Below are positions 29,071-40,890 of a stretch of DNA of 64,000 bases, piece by piece; position 1 is the first letter of the stretch, and every line of letters begins with the position of its first letter. A model generated the notes under the pieces. That model made no database searches and was not told the DNA's origin. It worked only from the letters and a program-made list of their open reading frames with translations. This DNA comes from Thermoflexales bacterium. GTDB taxonomy: Bacteria > Chloroflexota > Anaerolineae > Fen-1058. Where the stretch lies: NCBI GenBank assembly GCA_034434835.1, contig DAOTXX010000129.1, positions 24,844-88,843 of the forward strand, in the 5' to 3' direction. The position numbers and the translations under genes are program-made.

Positions 29071-29251
29071 GTCCTTCCGACGCCAGAGAACTTGCGATCG
29101 AGGAAGGGACCTGTGGATGACCCCGTTCGCCCAAGATCTGCGCACGGGACCCAATCTATTGTTCCCCAGGTTGCCGGGGTGACTGACCAGGGCATCAAGC
29201 ATACTATCGAACACCCAAGATTCGCATGAAAAGCACAAGGGGAGCAATCCC

Positions 29252-30697
29252 ATGAAGAGACTCATGTTCTTGGTATTGATGGGTGGCCTGTTGTTGATGG
29301 CAACAGGCTGCGGGCCTGCGCCCACTGCGACTCTGGCGCCGTCAACCCGGGCGCCCACTGCCTCGCCGGTAAAGGCTCCCGCCAAAGGGTCTCAGCAACC
29401 CGTGACCCTACGCTTGTCGGACTGGCACCTCACCGAGCCGCACTGGGAAAAAGCCCTCAAAGAGATGATGGTCGTCTTTGAGAAAGAGAATTCTGACATC
29501 CAAGTTCTACTGGAGCCTGTTGCTTATGCTGAGAAGGAGACCAGATACACCAGCGAGATCCAAACTGGCGCCGGGCCGGACCTGATCCATCTTCACGGCT
29601 TTTCGATCCGGGCATTTATCGAAAAGGGGTTCGTGTATGACATCACGCCGTTCGTTAAGCAAGAGGGCAAGACGGCATGGGGCGGCGAATTCCTTGACAC
29701 CTGGTACCCGGAGACGGTTGAGTTGATGAAATACCAGGACAAATACTATGCTCTCCCCAGCGATTATATGTCCATGGTGCTGTTTTACAACAAGAGCCTG
29801 TTTAAGGAGGCCGGCTTGGATCCCAACAAGCCGCCCAAGACGTGGGACGAGTTCTTGACCTACGCCAAAGCCCTCACGCGCGACCGCAATGGCGACGGTA
29901 AACTGGATACGTGGGGATTCGGCACAGTCGGCTCGGTCGATCCCGGCTTTGAGCTTCGAGCTACGCCCATCCTCTTGAGCCATGGGGCTACGTACCTGAC
30001 GCCGGACAACAAGTGCTCGGCGCTCAACAGCCCAGAGGCCAAAGAGGCCTTCAAGTTTTACATCAGCCTGGTGACCGAGCACAAAGTGGTTCCTCCTGGC
30101 GTGACGGCGCAGAACCCGGGCAATGTGCGACAGCAAATGGCGAGTGGGCAAATCGCCATGAAGATAGGCTCTGGCTGGACGGTTCCCATCTTCTCTGACC
30201 TCAACCCCAAGCTCAACGCCGCCGAGATACTCGCGGCAGCGCCTATCCCCGTCAAAGCAGGGCGCAATGTCCAAAAACCTACCACGGCCTGGATAAGCGC
30301 ATGGATGATCAACAGGAATACCAAGCACCCCCAAGGAGCCTGGAAGCTACTAAAGTTCGTGACCAGCAAGGCCGCCGACGAAAAGTGGTTTGCGGATGCC
30401 CGCGTGCTTTCGGCCCGGCGCGACATCTCCGGTGGCCTGGAGGACAAGGGCGTCCAGCCTTTCGGGCCGCTACTCCAGGACCCGTTCTCCAGGGTCATTG
30501 CCAGCGAGCTGCCTCGCTCACAGTTTGTGCCTCAGATCAAGGAATGGCCCGAGATCATCGAGATCTTTAACCGGGCAGCGCAGAGCGGCTTTAGTGGCGC
30601 CAAGACGGCAGATCAGGCGTTGAAGGGCGCGCACGACGAAATCAACAAAATCCTGAGCGTGTATCGAACTTCCGGTGAAACCTGCCCGGCCTACTAG
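29252..30697 (+). CDS. ABC transporter sugar-binding lipoprotein (family 1 extracellular solute-binding protein).
   Basis: Lipoprotein signal (LLLMATGCGP); 481 aa with a carbohydrate-SBP-like fold. No cognate permease or ATPase is adjacent. Confidence 0.7.
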   Translation: MKRLMFLVLMGGLLLMATGCGPAPTATLAPSTRAPTASPVKAPAKGSQQPVTLRLSDWHLTEPHWEKALKEMMVVFEKENSDIQVLLEPVAYAEKETRYTSEIQTGAGPDLIHLHGFSIRAFIEKGFVYDITPFVKQEGKTAWGGEFLDTWYPETVELMKYQDKYYALPSDYMSMVLFYNKSLFKEAGLDPNKPPKTWDEFLTYAKALTRDRNGDGKLDTWGFGTVGSVDPGFELRATPILLSHGATYLTPDNKCSALNSPEAKEAFKFYISLVTEHKVVPPGVTAQNPGNVRQQMASGQIAMKIGSGWTVPIFSDLNPKLNAAEILAAAPIPVKAGRNVQKPTTAWISAWMINRNTKHPQGAWKLLKFVTSKAADEKWFADARVLSARRDISGGLEDKGVQPFGPLLQDPFSRVIASELPRSQFVPQIKEWPEIIEIFNRAAQSGFSGAKTADQALKGAHDEINKILSVYRTSGETCPAY

Positions 30698-30786
30698 TTG
30701 GCGCGGGTGCTCGGCCGATTGGCGGACGTCGTCGTAGCAAACCGGGTCACTCGAGTCTGAAGTTAAAAACACATTGGGGATGAAAC

Positions 30787-33522
30787 ATGGGCTTGCTCGA
30801 TAACAAAGTGTCTTTGTTTCGCTCGATGCGTGGTCGGCTGCTTGCTTTCTTTTTGCCGCTATCGCTCATCCCGTTGATCGTGGTCAGTGTCCTGGCCTAT
30901 TTCCAAGCGCGGGATGCACTACAACAGGCGGCGCGTGACAAGCTCGAAGCAGTGAGCGCGATCAAAAAGTATCAAATCGAACGCTATTTGGCCGAGAGGC
31001 GATCTGCTGCGAACGCGACTGCGGACCTAGTGAGCATGCTGCGCCAGCAGGCCTTTGCCCGGCTGGAGACTCTTCGGGACGCCAAGCGCAGCGCCCTCGT
31101 CCGTCTCTTTGACGAGTGGAAGACCAATGTCCTGGACATATCCACGAACCCGGAATTGGTGGTGGGAGCCGCACAGCTCTCGGCGGGATTCCAAGCGCTA
31201 GGTGCGGATCAGGTGCGCGCGCTTTACCTGGTCAAACCAAACCTTGACGACGCCGGAGACCCAAGCGCCTATAGCCAGGCACATGCGCGCCTGCATAGAC
31301 TCCTGACACGCTATATCGAGATTCATGGGTATCAAGATGCTCTTTTGATTGACCCGATGGGGACCGTCGTGTACACAGTCAAAAAAGGGTCGAGCTTTGG
31401 TGTCAGTCTGGCTTCTGATAGATATCGCAGCCTGGACGCACTCTATCAGCAGCTCAGGTTAGCATGGCCGGGTCAGACCGCTCTCGCCGATGCTGCCTTG
31501 CTCGACGATCAGGTCGTCATGTTCATAGGCGCGCCCATCTATAGCGACACAACCCGCATTGGTACTCTGGTCTATCAACTGCCGTTCGATCAGATTGACG
31601 CGATCATGCAAACGCCGAACGATATGGAATTAGCCAGCGAAACCTATTTGGTGGGGTCGGACAAACGCATGCGTTCTCAAGCCTCTCTGGATCCAGACAA
31701 CCGCTCGGTCGTCGCCTCTTTGAAAGGTTCGGTAGACAAAAATGGTGTGGATACTGTGGGAAGCCGCGCGGCGTTGGCCGGTTTGTCCGGCGTGGATATC
31801 CTCTTGAACTATCGTGGTATTCATTCGGTGTGCGCTTATGCGCCACTGAATGTGCCGGGGTTGAGCTGGGCTATCATCGCCGAAGAAAACGTGGCCGAAG
31901 CCATTGTGCCCCAACTGGAAGGCACGGGCATGTACATCTTGACTCAATACGCGCAGAGATATGGCTATCAAGATGTGCTCCTGATGGCTCAAGATGGATA
32001 CGTGTTCAGCACCGTCATGCGCGGGCCGGATTATCGAACGAACATGCTGACCGGACCGTATCACGACACCCATCTGGGCCGGCTGGTCCACGAGGTCTTG
32101 AGCACAGGTGAGCTTGGCTTTGCCGACTTGGCGCCCTACTCGCCTGCTGGCAACAAACCGGTCGCTTTTGTGGCTGCGCCCGTGATGTACCAGGACAGGC
32201 CTCAATTGATTGTGGCTCTACAACTGCCGCCGGGTTGGACGGATGCGGTGATGCAAGAGCGCACAGGGATGGGCGAGACAGGCGAGACCCTCTTGGTGGG
32301 ACCCGACATGCGGATGCGTTCCAACTCATACCTGGACTCTGCCGAACATTCGGTGGAGGCTTCCTTTGTCGGTACTGTGGAGAGAAACGGCATGGATAAC
32401 TATGCCGTGCGTGAGGCGCTGGCGGGCAGGACAGGAAAAGGAGTACAGTTCGACACGGATTACCTTGGACACCCCGTCATCGTTGCCTATGCGCCAGTCA
32501 AATTCGGCGATCTGAACTGGGCGTTGATCGCCAAGCAGGATGTAGCCGAGGCATTCGCGTTGGCGAATGGCTTGATGCCAGTGTTGCTGCTGATTATGGG
32601 CATCGCGGCAGCGTTTGTGACGCTTGTGACCCTGTGGATTGCCAGCCGGCTGTCTGCCCCCGTGCTCAAGTTGGCCGCTGTTGCCCAGACCGTTGCAGCG
32701 GGCAACCTGGAAGTTGAAGCGCAGATCGAGGCCACCCACTATGATGAGTTGGGCACTCTAGCCGAGGCTTTCAAGAGTATGACGGTGCAACTGCGGGAGC
32801 TTATCAGCGGCCTTGAACAGCGTGTGCGCGAGCGCACTGCAGAGCTTGAGGCTGCCAACAAGGATCTGGAGGCCTTTGCCTACTCTGTCTCACACGACCT
32901 CCGCTCTCCTCTCCGTGCTATTGATGGCTACACCCGTATCCTCATCGAAGACTATCAAGCCTCCCTTGACGACAATGGCAAACGTGTTTGCGGCATCGTG
33001 CGTCACGAAACCCAGCGGATGGGTGAGTTGATCGATGATCTGCTGACTTTTTCCCGCATTGGCCGTGTTGACCTGAAAGCCACGACGATTGACGTGCAAG
33101 CGATGGTCACCGCGGTGTTCCACGAATTAACGACGCCCCACGACCGAAAGCGGATTGATTTTCATGTGGGGTCCTTGCCTCCGGTGGTGGGCGACCCGAC
33201 GCTGATCCGCCAGGTGTGGGTGAACCTGCTCTCCAACGCCGTCAAGTTCTCCTCCAAACGCGATCTAGCAGTCATCGAGGTGAGCAGCCGACGGTGTGAT
33301 GGGAAAACCATCTATTATGTGCGCGACAACGGCGCCGGATTTGATATGCAGTACGTGCAAAAGCTCTTTGGCATCTTTCAGCGGCTGCACAGCGAGCGAG
33401 AATTCGAGGGCACCGGCGTGGGTCTGGCGATTGTGCAGCGTATCATCCAACGTCATGGCGGGCGGGTGTGGGCTGAGGCCGAGCCGGGCAAGGGTGCTAC
33501 ATTCTATTTCACACTTCTGTAA
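30787..33522 (+). CDS. Sensor histidine kinase with a large periplasmic tandem Cache-type domain, HAMP, HisKA and HATPase_c.
   Basis: TM1 at about aa 20-42 and TM2 at about aa 595-618, enclosing about 550 periplasmic residues that carry two similar sensory repeats. The H-box [22 protein letters not shown] and the C-terminus [34 protein letters not shown] are paralogous to the preceding HK. Confidence 0.8.
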   Translation: MGLLDNKVSLFRSMRGRLLAFFLPLSLIPLIVVSVLAYFQARDALQQAARDKLEAVSAIKKYQIERYLAERRSAANATADLVSMLRQQAFARLETLRDAKRSALVRLFDEWKTNVLDISTNPELVVGAAQLSAGFQALGADQVRALYLVKPNLDDAGDPSAYSQAHARLHRLLTRYIEIHGYQDALLIDPMGTVVYTVKKGSSFGVSLASDRYRSLDALYQQLRLAWPGQTALADAALLDDQVVMFIGAPIYSDTTRIGTLVYQLPFDQIDAIMQTPNDMELASETYLVGSDKRMRSQASLDPDNRSVVASLKGSVDKNGVDTVGSRAALAGLSGVDILLNYRGIHSVCAYAPLNVPGLSWAIIAEENVAEAIVPQLEGTGMYILTQYAQRYGYQDVLLMAQDGYVFSTVMRGPDYRTNMLTGPYHDTHLGRLVHEVLSTGELGFADLAPYSPAGNKPVAFVAAPVMYQDRPQLIVALQLPPGWTDAVMQERTGMGETGETLLVGPDMRMRSNSYLDSAEHSVEASFVGTVERNGMDNYAVREALAGRTGKGVQFDTDYLGHPVIVAYAPVKFGDLNWALIAKQDVAEAFALANGLMPVLLLIMGIAAAFVTLVTLWIASRLSAPVLKLAAVAQTVAAGNLEVEAQIEATHYDELGTLAEAFKSMTVQLRELISGLEQRVRERTAELEAANKDLEAFAYSVSHDLRSPLRAIDGYTRILIEDYQASLDDNGKRVCGIVRHETQRMGELIDDLLTFSRIGRVDLKATTIDVQAMVTAVFHELTTPHDRKRIDFHVGSLPPVVGDPTLIRQVWVNLLSNAVKFSSKRDLAVIEVSSRRCDGKTIYYVRDNGAGFDMQYVQKLFGIFQRLHSEREFEGTGVGLAIVQRIIQRHGGRVWAEAEPGKGATFYFTLL

Positions 33523-33537
33523 TTCAAGGAGAATCCT

Positions 33538-33993
33538 ATGACTTCCAACCCCGTCGAAATCCTGCTCGTGGAAGACAACTCTCATGATGTGGAGTTGACT
33601 CTCTATGCCTTCAAAAAGCATAACCTTGCTAACCGCATCGAGGTCGTGCGCGACGGGGCCGAAGCACTGGACTATTTATTCTGCACAGGCCCGTACTCGC
33701 ACCGCCGCCTGGAGGACATTCCCAAGGTGGTGCTGCTTGACCTCAAATTGCCCAAAGTGGATGGATTGGAGGTGCTCCAGCGCATCAAGTCCGACCCGCG
33801 CACCCGGACGATCCCGGTCGTTGTGCTCACGTCATCACGCGAAGAGCGCGACATTGTTGAGAGTTACCGGTTGGGCGTCAACAGCTACATTGTCAAGCCG
33901 GTGAATTTTGAGCAGTTCACCGAGGCGGTGCGCCAACTGGGTCTGTATTGGTTGCTGCTTAATCAAGCTCCGACGGCGGAGAGAGCTACATAG
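33538..33993 (+). CDS. Single-domain response regulator (Rcp1-like), paralogue of 28630..29070.
   Basis: [20 protein letters not shown]...[14 protein letters not shown]...NSYIVKP. Confidence 0.8.
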   Translation: MTSNPVEILLVEDNSHDVELTLYAFKKHNLANRIEVVRDGAEALDYLFCTGPYSHRRLEDIPKVVLLDLKLPKVDGLEVLQRIKSDPRTRTIPVVVLTSSREERDIVESYRLGVNSYIVKPVNFEQFTEAVRQLGLYWLLLNQAPTAERAT

Positions 33994-34045
33994 ACAAGAT
34001 GACGGGACAAGTATCTCCTGCCCCTTGTCTCAAGGGGAGAAAGCT

Positions 34046-36118
34046 ATGCCGGAATCTCTGCGTGTGTTGATTCTCGAAGACCGTCCTGCCGATGCCGAGC
34101 TGGTGTTACACGAACTGCGCCGGGCAGGATACGCACCGGACTGGCAGCGGGTGGAGACCGAGGCGGACTATGTCGCTCACCTGTCGCCAACGTTGGACGT
34201 GATCCTGGCAGATTATCACCTGCCGCAGTTCAACGCGCTGCGTGCTTTGCATCTCCTACGTGAGCGGGGCTTGGATATTCCCTTTATCGTGGTCACCGGC
34301 GCCATCGGCGAAGAAGCTGCCGTGGAGTGCATCAAGCAGGGCGCGGCCGATTATCTGCTCAAGGACCGACTGGCGCGCCTGGGGCCGGCGATCGCGCATG
34401 TGCTGGAGCAAAAACGCCTGCGGGATGAAAAGCGGCGAGCCGAAGAGGCGCTTCAAGAGTCGGAAAGGAAATATCGTCAACTGGTGGACAACTCGTTGGT
34501 GGGTTTCTACATTACCCAGAACCACATTCTCAAGTTTTGCAACCAGCAGTTTGCCCGGATCTTTGGTTATCCGAGTTGCCAGGACATGTTGGGGAAGCAT
34601 GTCAGGGAGTTGGTGGCGCCCGAAAGCTGGGAACTGGTGGACAGCGAGGTCAAGGCCAGAGAGTCCGGTCAAAAGGCCGTTTCCCAGTATACCTTCAAGG
34701 GTGTCAGGCGAGATGGAACGATCTTTGATGTCGAGGTGTTGGGGGGCCGCATCCTGTACGAAGGGAAACCTGCTGTCCAGGGGACATTGATGGATGTGAC
34801 CGAGCGCAAGCGAGCAGAGGAAGCGATCAAGCGACTGAACCAGGATTTGGAGCGCCGGGCCAGAGGATTGGCTGCGCTACACACCGCAGGCCAGATCATG
34901 GCCTCGACGCTCGATCGGGATACGCTGCTCCAGCGGATCATGGAACAGGTGACCCGTTTGCTAGAGGTGGAAGGGGCATCGGTGCTGATGCACGTCCCTT
35001 CTGCCGGGGGGCGAGGCGACGAATTGGTCTTTGCCGCCGTGACCGGCCCGAATTCCCATCAATTGGTGGGGCGGCGACTGGCTGGAACCGGGATTGCCAG
35101 TTGGGTCGCGCAAGAAAAGCAAGCCGTGCTGATTAACGATGCCCAAAGTGACCCCCGCCTGGATCACAGCGTGGACGCCGATACGGGCATGACCACGCGC
35201 TCGCTGTTGGCGGTGCCGCTTGTGTCCAAAGGCATCGTGCTGGGCGTGATCGAAGCGGTGAATAAGCTGTCCGAGGACGGGCCGGGTGCATTTGACCAGC
35301 ATGACTTGGAAGTGCTGGAAGCCTTGACCAGTTCAGCAGCGATTGCCATCGAAAACGCGCAGTTATATGCTTCTGAACTGCAGCGCGCCACTGCTCTAGC
35401 CCGCGCGCTCGAGCGGCAGCGCGAGCTGGAACGCCTCCAGCGCGAGTTCATCCAAAATGTTTCGCACGAGCTGCGCACGCCGCTGGCGCTCATCCGCGGC
35501 CACGCCGAAGTATTGGCCAGCGGCTGGCTGGGCCGCCTGTCGCCGGAACAGCACGAGTCCGTCGGCGTCATCGTGCGCCGGGTCCAGATGCTCGGCAAGC
35601 TGGTCGAAGACATTATGGGCATTCTGGAGGTTGAGCGACAGGAGTTGAGGTGCGAGCCAGTTGACCTGGCGCAATTGGTTCGTACATCATTGGCTGACTT
35701 TGAGCCGGCGGCAGCCCAAGTGGGCCTCAGGCTGGTGGCCGAACTGGAGCCGGATGTCCCCGGCATCTCGGGCGATCTGATCGCGTTGCGTCGTGTGCTG
35801 GATAACCTGGTGGGCAATGCGCTCAAGTTCACTCCAGCGGGTGGTTGTGTGACGGTTCGCCTGTCTCGGAGCATGGGTATGGTGAAGTTGCAAGTGGCCG
35901 ATACCGGCATCGGCGTCCCCAGCGATCAGTTGGACCGCATCTTTGAGCGGTTCTATCAGGTGGATGGCAGTATGACGCGCAAATACGGCGGCGTCGGGCT
36001 GGGGTTGGCGCTGGTCAAGAGCATCATCGAGGCGCACGGCGGTCAAGTCACCGCTGCCAGTCAAGTTGGCGTGGGGACAACGTTCACCGTCTTGTTGCCG
36101 ACGACCTCGCGCGAGTAG
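34046..36118 (+). CDS. Hybrid histidine kinase (N-terminal REC, PAS, GAF, HisKA, HATPase_c).
   Basis: Starts MPESLRVLILEDRPADAELVLHELRRAGY after the RBS AAGGGGAGAAAG. The C-terminal GAF-HisKA-HATPase is closely paralogous to that of 21241..24894 (FIQNVSHELRTPLALIRGHAEVL; GGVGLGLALVKSIIEAHGG). Confidence 0.85.
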   Translation: MPESLRVLILEDRPADAELVLHELRRAGYAPDWQRVETEADYVAHLSPTLDVILADYHLPQFNALRALHLLRERGLDIPFIVVTGAIGEEAAVECIKQGAADYLLKDRLARLGPAIAHVLEQKRLRDEKRRAEEALQESERKYRQLVDNSLVGFYITQNHILKFCNQQFARIFGYPSCQDMLGKHVRELVAPESWELVDSEVKARESGQKAVSQYTFKGVRRDGTIFDVEVLGGRILYEGKPAVQGTLMDVTERKRAEEAIKRLNQDLERRARGLAALHTAGQIMASTLDRDTLLQRIMEQVTRLLEVEGASVLMHVPSAGGRGDELVFAAVTGPNSHQLVGRRLAGTGIASWVAQEKQAVLINDAQSDPRLDHSVDADTGMTTRSLLAVPLVSKGIVLGVIEAVNKLSEDGPGAFDQHDLEVLEALTSSAAIAIENAQLYASELQRATALARALERQRELERLQREFIQNVSHELRTPLALIRGHAEVLASGWLGRLSPEQHESVGVIVRRVQMLGKLVEDIMGILEVERQELRCEPVDLAQLVRTSLADFEPAAAQVGLRLVAELEPDVPGISGDLIALRRVLDNLVGNALKFTPAGGCVTVRLSRSMGMVKLQVADTGIGVPSDQLDRIFERFYQVDGSMTRKYGGVGLGLALVKSIIEAHGGQVTAASQVGVGTTFTVLLPTTSRE

Positions 36119-36139
36119 GCAAGCCCTGATCGGGGTGCC

Positions 36140-37084
36140 TCATCGGCTTTCCTTCCGGCAGACTAATCCAATCCAATCTTTCTCTTGCATCCGTTCGATC
36201 ACCTCAAGGCCGATGTGCTGTAGCACTTGGCGTACCTTGGCTTCCTGCGTGTCAATCAACCCGGCGAACACGGCCAGCCCGCCCGGTTTCATCACATCGC
36301 TCAAGCCTTGCCCACACAATTCGACGATGGTCTTGGCGAGGATGTTGACTAGCAAAAAGTCAAACTCCAATTTCCAATTATCAATTGATGATTGAATATT
36401 GATCATTGGCAATTGCGCCAGCGACCCTTGCTCGACCCGGACGACCTCGCTCGCGCTGTTCGCCCGCACATTCGCATGCGCCGACTCCACGGCGACTGCG
36501 TCAATGTCCATCGCCAAACACTTGGCGGCGCCGAGCTTGGCCGCTGCAATCGCGAGGATCCCAGAGCCAGTTCCCAGATCCAAAACGCGGTCGCCGGGCC
36601 GCAAATGCTTTTCGAGCGCCAGCAGGCACATTTGGGTCGTCGGATGCAGCCCGGTGCCAAACGCCATGCCAGGGTCAAGCTCGATCACAACGTCCTCAGG
36701 CTGTGGGATGTACTCACGCCACGAGGGCTTGATGACGAAATGTTTCCCGATCCGGGTGACGTGGAAATGCTCTTTCCAGGCGTTAGCCCATTGTTCTTCG
36801 GCGATGGTATGGAACTGCGGCTCAGGGATCGCGGCGATCTGCCTCAAGTGCCACAGGGCTTGTTCGACCTGCCGTCGTTTTTCCTCCACGCCCGGCTCGA
36901 CGGACAGATAGGCTCGCACCGACACGATGGGTTCCAGCGGGCCATCGGGGCGCCACTCTGGGCCGGTCACGTCGAGTACATTCTGCTGGATCGCCACACC
37001 GCCCGGCGCATAGCGCGCCAGCACGTCGGCGACGGCTTCGGCGTGCTCAGGCTCACAGTTCACCGCGATTTCCAACCACTCCAT
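36140..37084 (-). CDS. prmA: Ribosomal protein L11 methyltransferase.
   Basis: Starts MEWLEIAVNCEPEHAEAV. It has the SAM-binding motif VLDLGTGSGILAIAAAKLGA and the family motif FDFLLVNILA. Confidence 0.85.
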   Translation of the reverse strand: MEWLEIAVNCEPEHAEAVADVLARYAPGGVAIQQNVLDVTGPEWRPDGPLEPIVSVRAYLSVEPGVEEKRRQVEQALWHLRQIAAIPEPQFHTIAEEQWANAWKEHFHVTRIGKHFVIKPSWREYIPQPEDVVIELDPGMAFGTGLHPTTQMCLLALEKHLRPGDRVLDLGTGSGILAIAAAKLGAAKCLAMDIDAVAVESAHANVRANSASEVVRVEQGSLAQLPMINIQSSIDNWKLEFDFLLVNILAKTIVELCGQGLSDVMKPGGLAVFAGLIDTQEAKVRQVLQHIGLEVIERMQEKDWIGLVCRKESR

Positions 37085-37160
37085 GGCCGTCTCCTCAAAC
37101 AAAAGTGACAAGGCAATCCCGATCACCTTGTCACCTTGTCACCGTGTCACTGTGTCAAAC

Positions 37161-38276
37161 TCAGAGGCTGAAAACGTCCTTCAGTTTATCCAGGAACGTT
37201 TTTTCTCGCTGCGGCACCACATCCTTGCCCAGGGTCTTGGCAAGATCCCGGAATAGTCTCTTTTGTTCGGCCGTCAGGCTGGTCGGGATCATCACGTCAA
37301 TCACGACCAGTTGATCGCCGCGCCCGCTGGTGCGAAGGTGTGGCACTCCCTTGTTGCGCAGTCGAAAGATCTTGCCCGTCTGCGTGCCCGGGGGGATCAC
37401 CAGACGTTCGTCGCCATCGAGCGTGGGCACGCTGATCTCGTCGCCCAGCGCGGCCTGCGCCACGTTGATGCCCAACTCGAGGATGATGTTATCGTCGCGG
37501 CGGCGAAAGTACGCGTGAGGCAGTACGTTGAGTTCAACGTACAAGTTGCCCGGCGGGCCGCCTCGCTCGCCCGGCTCACCTTCACCGGCCAGTCGAATCT
37601 GCGTGCCATTGTCCACGCCGGCCGGGATCTTGACGTTGATCTTGCGCGTGACCCGGACGTATCGGGCGCCCCGGCACTGGGTGCACGGGATGGCAATGGT
37701 TTCGCCTTCGCCGCGGCAGGTGGGACACGTCGAGACGTTGACGAACGAGCCGAGGAAGGATTGCTGCACACGGCGCACTTCGCCGGTGCCGTTGCAGGTT
37801 GAACAGCGCAGAGGCGTCGTGCCCGGCTCGGCCCCATTGCCGTTGCATTTGGGGCACGTCTCTGGGCGTGTGATCTCGATCTCTTTTTCTACGCCAAAGA
37901 CGGCCTCTTCAAACATAATGGTCAGCTCGTAGCGCAGGTCCGCGCCGCGCCGTGGAGCACGGCGGGCTGCTGCGCTGCGCATCCCACCGAAACCAAAGAA
38001 CTCTTCAAAGATGTCGCCAAAGCCGGTAAAGTCTGTGGCAAAGCCACCTTGTGCGCCAGCATGGCCGAAGCGATCGTAGGCTGCGCGCTTTTGCTCGTCC
38101 GAGAGCACTTCGTAGGCCTCGTTGATCTCTTTGAAGCGCGCTTCGGCATCCGCGCTCTTGTTCACGTCGGGGTGATATTCGCGGGCCAGCCGCCGATAGG
38201 CTTTTTTGATCTCGTCGCCGCTGGCCTGCCGTCCCACGCCGAGCACGTCATAGTAATCGCGCTTGGTTGTTGCCAT
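37161..38276 (-). CDS. dnaJ: Chaperone DnaJ.
   Basis: J-domain (DYYDVLGV...YHPD), a G/F region and four CxxCxGxG zinc-finger repeats. Confidence 0.9.
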   Translation of the reverse strand: MATTKRDYYDVLGVGRQASGDEIKKAYRRLAREYHPDVNKSADAEARFKEINEAYEVLSDEQKRAAYDRFGHAGAQGGFATDFTGFGDIFEEFFGFGGMRSAAARRAPRRGADLRYELTIMFEEAVFGVEKEIEITRPETCPKCNGNGAEPGTTPLRCSTCNGTGEVRRVQQSFLGSFVNVSTCPTCRGEGETIAIPCTQCRGARYVRVTRKINVKIPAGVDNGTQIRLAGEGEPGERGGPPGNLYVELNVLPHAYFRRRDDNIILELGINVAQAALGDEISVPTLDGDERLVIPPGTQTGKIFRLRNKGVPHLRTSGRGDQLVVIDVMIPTSLTAEQKRLFRDLAKTLGKDVVPQREKTFLDKLKDVFSL

Positions 38277-38330
38277 GACCCCGCCGATCGTCAAACGTCA
38301 AACATGATGCGTCAGGAATGAATTGCCGTC

Positions 38331-40226
<1,896 letters not shown>

Positions 40227-40293
40227 GATGAAATGACTCCTTTTGGCAAAAGATGCGTCAAACGTCAAATGAAAGAAGATGACGTTTGACGTT

Positions 40294-40890
40294 TCATTTA
40301 GCGACTCTCACCAGCGCCGGGCGCAAGACCTGCTCGCCATACAGATAGCCCTTTTGCACCTCGGCGATGATCTCACCTTCTTTGAATGTGTCGTGGTCTT
40401 CGTGCGTCACAGCTTCGTGCCAGGCTGGATCGAACCTGGTGCCTGGCTTGACCTCGATCGGCTTGACTCCCTCGGATTCAAGCACCGCCAGGAACTTGCG
40501 TTGAACCAACACGATGCCGTTTGCCCACGAATGTTCTTGCAAGTCTGCTGGCAAAGTCTTGAGGGCGCGGTCGAGGTCATCCAGCACTGGCAAAATTCTT
40601 CGCAGCAGCGTGCCGTTCGCCAGTTGGCCAGCTTCGCTACGCTCCTTTTCGAATCGCTTGCGCGCATTCGCCAGCTCGGCGCGGGCACGCTGCCAGCCAT
40701 CCAGGTATTCGGCCGCCTGCGCTTTGGCCTTTTCCAACTCCTCACGCAGCGCCGTCAGCTCATCCGTCGGCGCTGCCTCTTCTCGCACGAACGAAATCAC
40801 TGGCTCGGTTTCCGCTTCTGGAATTTGCTCCTCTTGGGGTTGCTCGGCCACGACGTTTGGGGTTTCAGTCACGCTCGACCACCTCCTCAT
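40294..40890 (-). CDS. grpE: Nucleotide exchange factor GrpE.
   Basis: 198 aa with a GrpE coiled-coil and C-terminal beta domain. The start overlaps the hrcA 3' end; an alternative GTG start lies at about 40869. Confidence 0.85.
   Translation of the reverse strand: MRRWSSVTETPNVVAEQPQEEQIPEAETEPVISFVREEAAPTDELTALREELEKAKAQAAEYLDGWQRARAELANARKRFEKERSEAGQLANGTLLRRILPVLDDLDRALKTLPADLQEHSWANGIVLVQRKFLAVLESEGVKPIEVKPGTRFDPAWHEAVTHEDHDTFKEGEIIAEVQKGYLYGEQVLRPALVRVAK

Noticed and set aside
33908-34045. N-terminal 46 codons of the track ORF 33908..36118, overlapping the receiver gene.
   Set aside because: This stretch overlaps the 3' end of the 33538..33993 response regulator in another frame. The real kinase start is the ATG at 34046 with the RBS AAGGGGAGAAAG.
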